A stretch of DNA of 64,000 nucleotides. It comes from Dehalococcoidia bacterium. Lineage in GTDB: Bacteria > Chloroflexota > Dehalococcoidia > Lucifugimonadales > SHYF01. Both the position numbers and the translations under genes were made by a program. The stretch is taken from NCBI GenBank assembly GCA_965248595.1, contig CBDFJM010000003.1:10729-74728 (forward strand), read 5' to 3'. Of this stretch, positions 56,615-64,000 are shown in pieces. Numbering within the stretch: position 1 is the first letter of the stretch; each line of letters starts with the position of its first letter. Below the pieces are notes generated by a model. It ran no database searches, was not told where the DNA came from, and saw only the letters and a list, made by a program, of their open reading frames with translations.

Positions 56615-57013
56615 TCAGGCGGCGAGCCGCTTTTCTGACTTGATTCCCACCACCTCTCCGATAGCGCGGGTCCGCTGGTAGCAGAGGACCTGGCGGGTGC
56701 CGGCAGCTTCTGCGCAGGCGGTACAAAAGGCTGTGATAATCTCGGCGTGTTTCGCCACCGGCATCCGTCTGACCAGCACGTAGCCCCCATCGACTAGCGG
56801 GTGGCGGTAGAGGGTTACCCTGGGGTCGCGCCTCTCTGCCTCCGTCGCTGGCCGATAGAAATGCGGTTGCGCGGAGGTGCACAGGTGCTGCGTGTGGTCG
56901 TGCCGGCAGAAACGGCAGGTCGTTCCGTCCGGCGAGAAGCGCTGCCAGGCTTTGAAATGCCGCTCCTGCCTGCGTTTGTTTGTGCGTTTGGCAATTGTCA
57001 GCGTCTTATCCAT
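56615..57013 (-). CDS. Hypothetical Cys/His-rich protein (132 aa)
   Basis: GGAGGAGGG SD. CRFC and CTAC pairs. No family recognised. Confidence 0.55.
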   Translation of the reverse strand: MDKTLTIAKRTNKRRQERHFKAWQRFSPDGTTCRFCRHDHTQHLCTSAQPHFYRPATEAERRDPRVTLYRHPLVDGGYVLVRRMPVAKHAEIITAFCTACAEAAGTRQVLCYQRTRAIGEVVGIKSEKRLAA

Positions 57014-57665
57014 ACCCTCCTCCGTTCACTGCTGCCACGATGGACTCTTCCTCTCCGGGTAGGGTCAGCGTCCCAGAAGCCACCGCCTCCGAGAGGTCCT
57101 CCTTGAGGGATTCGGGGTTGGGGTTGCAGCGGTAGGCGACCACTCCCGTCGATTGGAGCTGAGTGGTCTCCTCCTTCTGAAGGCCCCGCCGCCACAGCCA
57201 GTCTGCCCAGGAGGGATGCAACGGCAGTGGGCTCCTCTTGTCCAGGAAGCGGTAGTGGAGCCTGGGGGCCTCGTCTTCCGTCTGGGCCAGGAGGAGGAAG
57301 GTGTCGTGTTCGGAGGCGTACTGGGCCATTTTCGTATAGACCAACGCGTGCCAGCCCCCACTCACCGGCAGCTTGGCGATCTTGGTCGTCCACGTGCCAA
57401 TTGTTTGGTACGGGATACCGCAGCGCTCATACCCTCCCGAGAGGGCCATCCCATCCGCGCCCTGGATGAGGTGGGCAACATCGGGCGGTTGCTTGAGCAG
57501 GGAGGCCCAGATCGCCTTGAGCGCCGTCTGGGAGCCCACCATCGAGACGAACCAGAGGCCGTCGGTCGCCTCGTCGCGGGCGAAGGCGTCGGCGGTGGCC
57601 GAGAACCCCCCGGCGTTGATGGTGTACAGGGCTTCGGGGTCGAGTGTGTGGTCGGTTGCAAGCAT
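57006..57665 (-). CDS. Hypothetical protein (219 aa)
   Basis: AAAGGAG SD. Overlaps the downstream gene by 8 nt. No family recognised. Confidence 0.55.
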   Translation of the reverse strand: MLATDHTLDPEALYTINAGGFSATADAFARDEATDGLWFVSMVGSQTALKAIWASLLKQPPDVAHLIQGADGMALSGGYERCGIPYQTIGTWTTKIAKLPVSGGWHALVYTKMAQYASEHDTFLLLAQTEDEAPRLHYRFLDKRSPLPLHPSWADWLWRRGLQKEETTQLQSTGVVAYRCNPNPESLKEDLSEAVASGTLTLPGEEESIVAAVNGGGYG

Positions 57666-57769
57666 GGGTATGTCTCCTTTCGGTAATTGGAATGCTGATG
57701 CGCGGAGGCGCGGTGACTCCGTGGGGCCGGTAAGGGTCGTTGCTGGGCTGCCTGGGTTTTCCTATAGGG

Positions 57770-58273
57770 TTAGAGGGTGGTGATGAGGCCGCGCTCCTTG
57801 AGGCTGACGGCCTTGTCCCCGCCGATGACCACGTGGTCCAGTAGCTCGACCCCCAGGAGCTTGCCCGCCTCCATGAGCTTCTTGGTAATAGCCACGTCAG
57901 CCGGGCTCGGTTCGGGGTCTCTGCTGGGATGATTGTGGACGACGATGATGCTTGGAACCGCCTCAATGACGGCGGGCCGGAACACCTCCGCCGGTCTGAC
58001 GGTGATGGAGCTCACGTCGCCCTGGTAGACGACCCGCTGGCCCACCACTTCGGTCCTGGTATTGAGGAGCAGGACCCGTAGCTGCTCCTGGGCGAGGCGG
58101 GCCATCTCCGGCGCTAGCAGCAGCCGCACCGCCTCGGGCGAATAGACCGCCGGAGGGTCGGCGGGGCGCGGTGGATGGGTCTCCACCCCGTAGCGCACGG
58201 CCAGCTCTCCCAGGATGCTGACGTTGCGCCGGAGGGTCTCCAGTAGTGTGTCGGTGTAGCGTTCCGTGGTCAT
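57770..58273 (-). CDS. radC: RadC-like JAB domain protein
   Basis: Start moved to ATG 58273 (GGGAGG SD). ...IIVVHNHPSRDPEPSPADVAITKKL...GVELLDHVVIG. Confidence 0.88.
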   Translation of the reverse strand: MTTERYTDTLLETLRRNVSILGELAVRYGVETHPPRPADPPAVYSPEAVRLLLAPEMARLAQEQLRVLLLNTRTEVVGQRVVYQGDVSSITVRPAEVFRPAVIEAVPSIIVVHNHPSRDPEPSPADVAITKKLMEAGKLLGVELLDHVVIGGDKAVSLKERGLITTL

Positions 58274-58387
58274 AGGGACCTCCCGTAGGTGTAAGTGGAC
58301 TGAAACGAGAAGCGGGGCCGATCCCAAAGGTGGGAACGGCCCCGTGGAGCGCCTGCGAAACGGCGGACGGCAGTAGGTGTTTCTGGC

Positions 58388-58783
58388 CTAGAAGGGTGAC
58401 TTGGCCGTCACCGGTTCCTCAGCAGCCGCGTCCTCAGACTCCTTCGCAGAGCCATTCCCGTTGCGAGAGTCGAGGAAGACCACCTCGGAGGCGTGAATCT
58501 CGGTGCGGTGCCTGCGCTGTCCGTCCTCGGTTTCATACGAGTTCTGGGCCAGCTTGCCTGCGACGTACAGCCGGTCCCCTTTGGCGACATACTGGTTCAC
58601 CGCTTCGGCCAGGCCGGACCAGCAGGTGATACTGTGCCAGTCCGTGCTCGTCTCTCCGTTCTGGCGGTGTCGGTCGGTGGCCAGCCGTAGCTGGGTGATG
58701 GCGGTGCCGCTCTGGGTGTATTTCATTTCGGGGTCTGCTCCGACCCGTCCCAGTAGCTCTACCTTGTTGATTGTGCGTGCCAT
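58388..58783 (-). CDS. ssb: Single-stranded DNA-binding protein
   Basis: 131 aa. MARTINKVELLGRVGADPEMKYT OB-fold and an acidic tail ending ...SPF. Confidence 0.92.
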   Translation of the reverse strand: MARTINKVELLGRVGADPEMKYTQSGTAITQLRLATDRHRQNGETSTDWHSITCWSGLAEAVNQYVAKGDRLYVAGKLAQNSYETEDGQRRHRTEIHASEVVFLDSRNGNGSAKESEDAAAEEPVTAKSPF

Positions 58784-58897
58784 GTCGTTTCTCCTTTGTG
58801 TGTGTAGTAGTGCGGCGTTGCCGCACTCGAATGGAAATGCAGCGCCGTCCCCTTCCGAAGGGAACGGTCTTGTCCATGCGCTCCCGTTACAGAGCGT

Positions 58898-59956
58898 CTA
58901 GCTCACCCGCACGTACTGAGACACGGCCTCCGTCACAATGTCGACGCGGGTATCCGGGTCCAGCAGCGCGTTCAGCTTGCGGTAGTCGACCGAGAAGCGG
59001 CGGGTCTGCACCAGGCTTACCGACCGGCCCTCGACGCTTGCTTTGGTCATCCCCCGCTGCCGCATCCACGACTTGAGGGTGTCCAGCGCCCGGCGTTTGG
59101 CCTGTTCCGGCTCCCGAAGGGCTTCCTGCGCTTCCAGGTATGCCCGCGCCGCCTCCCGGGCCTCCTCCGCGCTCACCTCCCTTCCTTCTATGTCCGGTGA
59201 CTCGTCTGTTTCTCCTCTTTCCTCGGCTGCTCCGGGCTTGCACGTGTTCAGGAACGGGCAGCTCCGGCACTGCCAGCTACCGGCGCGGAAGTCCCGCTCC
59301 GGCAGCTCGTCCGGGTCCTGTCCGTGGGCGGCGTAGTGGTCGGCCAGCTCGCCGAGCCGGAATGTAACGGCCTCCATCGCGTCCTCCACGCGTTCGGCGG
59401 GAATCGTCTCCGTGTCCCAGGCTCGGCTGCCCGTGTCCATCGTGGCGATCACCACATCGCGCTTCTCCCCGAATAGCCCGTAGGTGTAGAGAGCGGCCTG
59501 GGCGACCGATTCGGGGTGACTCCGCTCTGCGCCAAGGGTCTGCCAGCGCTTGTAGGCTTCCGGCCCCCTGGTCTTGACCTCGACGATCACCTCCGGCCCT
59601 CCGAAGAAGGGGAGGATGCCGGTGGCGTCGGGGTGGCCGGTAACGCGGAGGTTGGGGGTGATCTGGGCCGTCACCTCCCTGGGGTTGTTGGGGTCCACCG
59701 GGGTCACGTCCCAGCTCGCACGCTCCATCGCCCGCAGCACCACCTGCTCAAGGGCCTGCCCCGCCTCCATGACGGTCAGGGATTCGTCGCTGGGAGGGTT
59801 GGTGGGCTGATGTTCAGTGGCGGCATACCAAAGGGCTCTGCGGCAGCTGCTGGCGGCCGATGCCCGCACCACCAGCGCCCCGTCGCCGTCGAAATGGGCT
59901 GCCGGTCGTGAGTAGACCTCCGACCGGTCGTTGGTCAGGTCCTCGTTCTGGCTCAT
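58898..59956 (-). CDS. PD-(D/E)XK nuclease, Cas4/RecB-like with C-terminal Cys cluster
   Basis: Start moved to ATG 59956 (AAAGGAG SD). GHPD...IVEVKTR nuclease core, with SSCRR... and CRSCPFLNTC cysteines. Confidence 0.7.
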   Translation of the reverse strand: MSQNEDLTNDRSEVYSRPAAHFDGDGALVVRASAASSCRRALWYAATEHQPTNPPSDESLTVMEAGQALEQVVLRAMERASWDVTPVDPNNPREVTAQITPNLRVTGHPDATGILPFFGGPEVIVEVKTRGPEAYKRWQTLGAERSHPESVAQAALYTYGLFGEKRDVVIATMDTGSRAWDTETIPAERVEDAMEAVTFRLGELADHYAAHGQDPDELPERDFRAGSWQCRSCPFLNTCKPGAAEERGETDESPDIEGREVSAEEAREAARAYLEAQEALREPEQAKRRALDTLKSWMRQRGMTKASVEGRSVSLVQTRRFSVDYRKLNALLDPDTRVDIVTEAVSQYVRVS

Positions 59957-60048
59957 GGTCACTTCTCCTTTGCTCCTGAATATGAAGAGCGGAGCCGCCC
60001 CCGTAGAGACAGCCCCGCCTTTGCGCAACGCTCGGTTGTCTGTGCAGC

Positions 60049-60468
60049 TCATGCGGCTGCCTTAGCTTCGGTTCCTTCTTCCTCTCCTCTCTGCTTCTCC
60101 TCTCTCTCCTGCCTGGCCTTGAGGAAGCCCCGCAGGATGTGGGCGATAGCGTCTCCTAAACCGAGCACCCATATGCTCGACCCATCGCTCAACTGATTGG
60201 CGAAGGGCTGCATCTCAGCTATGCCCTGGCACTGGTCCACGATCTCGGCGACGGGCGTGCCCCTCCGCAAGTGCAGCGAGACGAGTCGGCAGGCCAACTC
60301 CGTCACCCCGGAGGTGAAGGAACCCGCCTTGCCGATGCTTCCGAAGACCTCGAAGGGCTCACCGTCCTCGTCCAGGGACACCGTGATGTAGAGGTTCCCG
60401 TGCTCGGTATGGAGCTTGGTCGTGCTGCTTGGCAGCGTCCTGGGCCTGGGCCGTGTCGCCGGGGTCAT
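60049..60468 (-). CDS. TSCPD-like domain protein (RNR class II C-terminal-like), conserved cysteines replaced
   Basis: 139 aa. GNLYITVSLDEDGEPFEVFGSIGKAGS...LVSLHLRRG resembles the TSCPD domain. ...GLGDAIAHIL stands where TSCPDAIA is expected. Confidence 0.55.
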   Translation of the reverse strand: MTPATRPRPRTLPSSTTKLHTEHGNLYITVSLDEDGEPFEVFGSIGKAGSFTSGVTELACRLVSLHLRRGTPVAEIVDQCQGIAEMQPFANQLSDGSSIWVLGLGDAIAHILRGFLKARQEREEKQRGEEEGTEAKAAA

Positions 60469-60785
60469 GGTCCCTCCCCCTTCTCAAGGAGATAGGGAAG
60501 GGCTGGGGCGTAGCGGTCGAAGAATTTGGCGACCTTGAGGGCACACTCCCGGTCCCTCTTGTCGCCGATGCCCAGCAGCGTCTGGACGATGACCTCTTCG
60601 CAGTCCTCTTCGGCGTAGGTCGGGGTCAGCAGCGTCTCTTGGACGGCAGGGGGAAGGGAGTCCCACCGCTCCCAGCTCAGCTTCAGCCCGCCGTGGCTGG
60701 CCGTTTCGATCCGCACCACGCCCTCGGCCAGTGCTACGACGTCCTGGGGAGGTCCCCACGGGGTATACATAGTGTTCACTTTCAT
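60465..60785 (-). CDS. Hypothetical mobile-element protein (TPWG...SHGG motif; DUF7007-like, from memory)
   Basis: 106 aa. MYTPWGPPQDV...IETASHGGLKL. GAAAGGAG SD. Confidence 0.5.
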   Translation of the reverse strand: MKVNTMYTPWGPPQDVVALAEGVVRIETASHGGLKLSWERWDSLPPAVQETLLTPTYAEEDCEEVIVQTLLGIGDKRDRECALKVAKFFDRYAPALPYLLEKGEGP

Positions 60786-60808
60786 GTCGTCTCCTTTCGG
60801 TCCTGTAG

Positions 60809-60846
60809 ATGAAAACGGGGCTGCCCCGGTGTGCAGACAGCCCCGT
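60809..60846 (-). terminator. Stem-loop with short T-run after the Rad52-like gene
   Basis: Minus strand AACGGGGCTG-N14-CAGCCCCGTT followed by TTC. Lies between the stop at 60875 and the next start at 60785. Confidence 0.4.
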
Positions 60847-60874
60847 TACGTGGGCTCGCTATGGCGCGTTGGGC

Positions 60875-61627
60875 TCATGCCGCTTCCGCCGCCTCTGCTT
60901 CCCGCGTCTGCTGGAGCTTCCGGGTCGCCCCTTGCACGAGCGGCGTCAGCTCCGATGCCGATACCGCCTCAAGGTCCTTGCCCGTCTTGCCCTTGACCGC
61001 AGCCCGCACCTGCTTCTCGTCGAACCCCTGCATCGCCCCCAGGTCGATCAGCGTCGCCCGCAGCGGCGGAGCAAGGGAGTCGGCTGCGCTTTCCTGCTTC
61101 GCCGGTTGCCCGGTGGCCGCCTGGTCTCCGTAGAGGCAATTCCCGAACTGGTCTCCGAAGCTGCGCAGGGCGCGTTTGAGACCGTCGGTAACCGACCCTT
61201 TGCAGGCTGTGTCGTGACCCTCCGCCGTCTCCTCCGCCACGGCGTGGAACCCGATATCCGTGCGGGGCGGAGCGCCGGGGACGGTGACCCGCACCGGAGC
61301 GCTGTAGGCGCGGATGCGGCTGATCTCGCCCGTCTTGGGGTCGACCTGCTCGATCTCCCGCAGGGTCACGTCGCCCACCACTTCATAACCCCAACCCGCT
61401 AACCCGAAGATGCGGTTCGCCTGGTCGATGACGGTGTGGCCCTCGATGTAGTTGTAATTGCGCCCGGCCCGTCCCTTGCGCTGGGAGACCAGGCTCGGGT
61501 CGAGGGGCTTCTCCAGCTCGCTCACCACCTTGGGGGACAGGCTGTCCCAGAGCAGGTCGTGCTCCGGAGTGATGGCAGCGTCCGGGTGGACGCCGTTGCT
61601 TCCGTTCTTGGTCGATGAGGTCGTCAT
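60875..61627 (-). CDS. Rad52/Rad22-family single-strand annealing protein
   Basis: 250 aa. ...LVSQRKGRAGRNYNYIEGHTVIDQANRIFGLAGWGYEV... Confidence 0.8.
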   Translation of the reverse strand: MTTSSTKNGSNGVHPDAAITPEHDLLWDSLSPKVVSELEKPLDPSLVSQRKGRAGRNYNYIEGHTVIDQANRIFGLAGWGYEVVGDVTLREIEQVDPKTGEISRIRAYSAPVRVTVPGAPPRTDIGFHAVAEETAEGHDTACKGSVTDGLKRALRSFGDQFGNCLYGDQAATGQPAKQESAADSLAPPLRATLIDLGAMQGFDEKQVRAAVKGKTGKDLEAVSASELTPLVQGATRKLQQTREAEAAEAA

Positions 61628-61846
61628 TGTGCTTCTCCTTTGTGATGTCTCTGCTGTTTCTCTGGTCGGTGCAGGTTGCCCCTATGGGGAGCCCGTAGGC
61701 GGGGCAAGCCCCGTCATTCATTGGGCATAGCGCCTCCTTGGGTAATGCTGTAGGGGGGTCGATGGCGCAGGCACGGAGCCTGCAAGACGGCGGGCGGCGT
61801 GGGCACAAGAGCGGGCGGGAGGCCCGTGTCGAAGGGGAACTGTGTG

Positions 61847-62905
61847 CTACCTAACGGTGCGGGATGCCCGTGCAAGCAAGCCCCGGAACGTGGTCTGTCC
61901 GTGGGGCGTCGTGGCGAGCTCGGCCACGTCAGCGGCCACCCCAAACAAGCGCACCGTGGCGGCGCGCCGTCCAAGCAAGCTTTCAAGCCGCTCGGCGGCC
62001 TCGCGGCCCGCATCGTCTGAGTCGAAGGCGAGGAACACGCGAGGGAAGGCAAGCAAGCTACCTGCCACCCGCTCCATGCCCTGTGTCCCCAGGGCTGCGC
62101 AGGCGGGGAGGCCCCACTGCTCAAGGGCAAGCCAGTCGAACACCCCTTCAGTAAGGACCACCCAAGACGGCGCAAGGCCAAGCCGCCCAAGTCCAAGCAC
62201 CGGCTTGGGTCCGGGCAGCGCCTGAAACCTCGGCGTCCGCTCCGGGTCAATGGCCCGGCCCACAAGCCAGCGGGCGCGGCCCGAGGCCAGGTCGGGAACC
62301 ACCACCATCCCTGCGAACCGCTCGCCCCGCTCGGTGAACAGGCCCGACGCCCGTATCCGCTCGCCGCCGAATCCGGCGGCGCCAAGGTACTGGCGCAGCC
62401 CGTCCCCCGGCGCGTAGCCAAGACCCAGGCGGCAGGCGGTGTCGAAGCTGATGCCCCTGGAGCCCAGATACTCACGCGCCTCACTGCTGCGCAGCATGGA
62501 CCGGAGGTAGAACCTCGTTGCCGCCGACAGCGCCGCCGGGTCCCGCTGGGGAACCACGGGAGCAGCGGTACGCCGTGGCGCGGCCTGTGTCCTCGACCGG
62601 ACGGCTGGGCTGGGAGCCAGCCCAGTCCCACCACCCAGCCTCTGTATCGCCTCGGGCAGGGTGAGGCCCTCGGCCCGCTGGATAAAGTCCAGCACGTCCC
62701 CACCAACTCCACAGCCGAAGCAGTAAAACCTGGACGTGTCGGCGTACACCGTAAAGCTGCCTTCCGACTCCTGGTGGAAGGGGCAGACGCCCTGACGGAC
62801 GCGGCCCCTTCCCCTCAGCTGCACGCCCGCAGCCTCCACCACGTCGGCCAGGGAATGGCGGCTCTTGAGCGCCTCCAGGTCAACCTGTGTGTTGGCTACG
62901 ACCAT
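61847..62905 (-). CDS. DnaG-like primase (CHC2 zinc finger + TOPRIM)
   Basis: Start moved to ATG 62905 (AAAGGAGG SD). CPFHQESEGSFTVY...FYCFGCGVGGDVLDFI and TOPRIM LTEGVFD...FDSDDAG. Confidence 0.85.
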   Translation of the reverse strand: MVVANTQVDLEALKSRHSLADVVEAAGVQLRGRGRVRQGVCPFHQESEGSFTVYADTSRFYCFGCGVGGDVLDFIQRAEGLTLPEAIQRLGGGTGLAPSPAVRSRTQAAPRRTAAPVVPQRDPAALSAATRFYLRSMLRSSEAREYLGSRGISFDTACRLGLGYAPGDGLRQYLGAAGFGGERIRASGLFTERGERFAGMVVVPDLASGRARWLVGRAIDPERTPRFQALPGPKPVLGLGRLGLAPSWVVLTEGVFDWLALEQWGLPACAALGTQGMERVAGSLLAFPRVFLAFDSDDAGREAAERLESLLGRRAATVRLFGVAADVAELATTPHGQTTFRGLLARASRTVR

Positions 62906-63363
62906 GACCCACCTCCTTTCAGGGGCTTCAGGCCCCGCAGGCTCCTCGCGGAGACCACCTTGCCCGGCTGCCACCCCATCCCCAGCACAGCCAGGACTTT
63001 CACGGTCCCGTCGCCGTGGGGAGCGAGCGCCGCAGCTCTGCCAGCGCCCTGGCTGTAGACCAGGGTCTCGCTTTGCCCGAACCGTCGTCGCACCAGGTCC
63101 TGCCACTCGGCGAAGGCCCAACGCGCCTCGCGCACATCCGCCGTGGCGGTGTCCAGGTCGGCTATGAGCGTCAACGCACCGTCGAGGTTCCCCGCCTTCC
63201 GCAGCCGCCGTGCGTCGTGGACCCTCCGGGCCACGGTCTCCTGGGGCTGCTCGCGGTTGCTGGCAAAGAGGGCATCCATCACCCGGTCCACCAGCTCCTC
63301 CAGACTGCGCCTGGGCCTTTCACCCACCACCATCGTTCTGTTGTTCATCACTGCCGTTGTCAT
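62896..63363 (-). CDS. Hypothetical protein (155 aa)
   Basis: Start moved to ATG 63363 (AAAGGAGG SD). Overlaps the primase start by 10 nt. No motif recognised. Confidence 0.5.
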   Translation of the reverse strand: MTTAVMNNRTMVVGERPRRSLEELVDRVMDALFASNREQPQETVARRVHDARRLRKAGNLDGALTLIADLDTATADVREARWAFAEWQDLVRRRFGQSETLVYSQGAGRAAALAPHGDGTVKVLAVLGMGWQPGKVVSARSLRGLKPLKGGGSWS

Positions 63364-63632
63364 CACGACCTCCTTTCTACTTTCGATTGCCGTAGTGCTT
63401 GTATCGCCTGTTTCCTGTTCCTTGCGCCCATGAACCGCCGGAGCATCAACGCTCCGCATCCAAGGGCCAGAGCGTTGACGGTGAAGGCGTCAACGCCTGA
63501 ACCGGTCAACAGGGGCATTACCAGGAGCAACGCCACGCCTGCCGCCAGCGTCCTCCGTTTGTGCCGCCGCATGGCTCTTGCGGTCCCGGCGACGGCGGCC
63601 AGGACCCGTGGGGACTGTTCCTTGCTGTGCAT
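63363..63632 (-). CDS. Small membrane protein (89 aa)
   Basis: ATG 63632 with TAAGGAGG SD. Central hydrophobic stretch TLAAGVALLLVMPLL. Appears to be the first gene of the packed minus-strand block. Confidence 0.45.
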   Translation of the reverse strand: MHSKEQSPRVLAAVAGTARAMRRHKRRTLAAGVALLLVMPLLTGSGVDAFTVNALALGCGALMLRRFMGARNRKQAIQALRQSKVERRS

Positions 63633-64000
63633 TCGCACCTCCTTATTTGTGTTGCCCGCACCGGCATCCGTGGCGCGGGTCTTCGCTACTGGGTTGACTG
63701 TCGATGGACACGCTCCGCCCACGGTGGGATGCCTCACGTGAACGCAGCGTGACTTGTCCCCGGCCTGGTCCGCGCATCGAACGCAGAGGGGCCAGGGTGG
63801 AAAAGACGCAGCTCGGCCAGGGTCTCTTCGTCGCAACGCGAGTTCAGGGGAGCTACGAAGACGCGGCGCGGCTGCCCTACGACGTGGTCACAGAACAGAC
63901 GCGGGTGTAAAAGGGCACAGCTCGACCAGGGTCAATATGGCGTACCGATTCTGGGGAAGCTGCGGTGACGCGAAGCGGCCAGCCTGCGATGCAAATGGCA

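Noticed and set aside
61714-62712. 332-aa minus-strand ORF overlapping the primase gene
   Set aside because: It is an alternative frame of the same strand as the primase. It is Pro/Arg/Gly/Trp-rich and has no motifs, whereas the primase frame has CHC2 and TOPRIM signatures.

Overview
High-GC bacterial chromosome segment, possibly Chloroflexota-like; that guess rests only on gene content and repeat families. No rRNA, tRNA or CRISPR array was recognised.

1-44 kb is core genome:
- a siroheme/alternative-haem operon (ahbAB-sirC-hemA-hemC-cobA/hemD)
- pcm, a CSLREA/IPTL-CTERM-type beta-helix exoprotein, gatB and secG
- an 11-gene nuoABCDHIJKLMN operon with no nuoEFG inside it, interrupted by a small DUF559 cassette
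- proBA, lysA, holB, lon, a two-component pair and cysK
- a selenocysteine-encoding selD (in-frame UGA plus SECIS-like hairpin) that the ORF track truncates
- at least three families of short palindromic REP/MITE-like repeats and one IS256 copy

44-54 kb is a visibly AT-richer, decayed accessory island:
- a frameshifted DNA methyltransferase and a complete IS3 element with a -1 frameshift site
- an IS3-family remnant and ORF-poor stretches
- a secreted metzincin, a PAS-LuxR regulator and a repeat-containing lipoprotein

54-64 kb, running to the window end, is a tightly packed single-strand phage/plasmid-like replication-recombination module:
- primase, Rad52-like annealase, Cas4-like PD-(D/E)XK nuclease, SSB and RadC
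- a TSCPD-like protein and several Zn-ribbon or unknown proteins
- an N6-type methyltransferase and a 3'-truncated SNF2 ATPase

This module holds the best candidates for uncharacterised biology.
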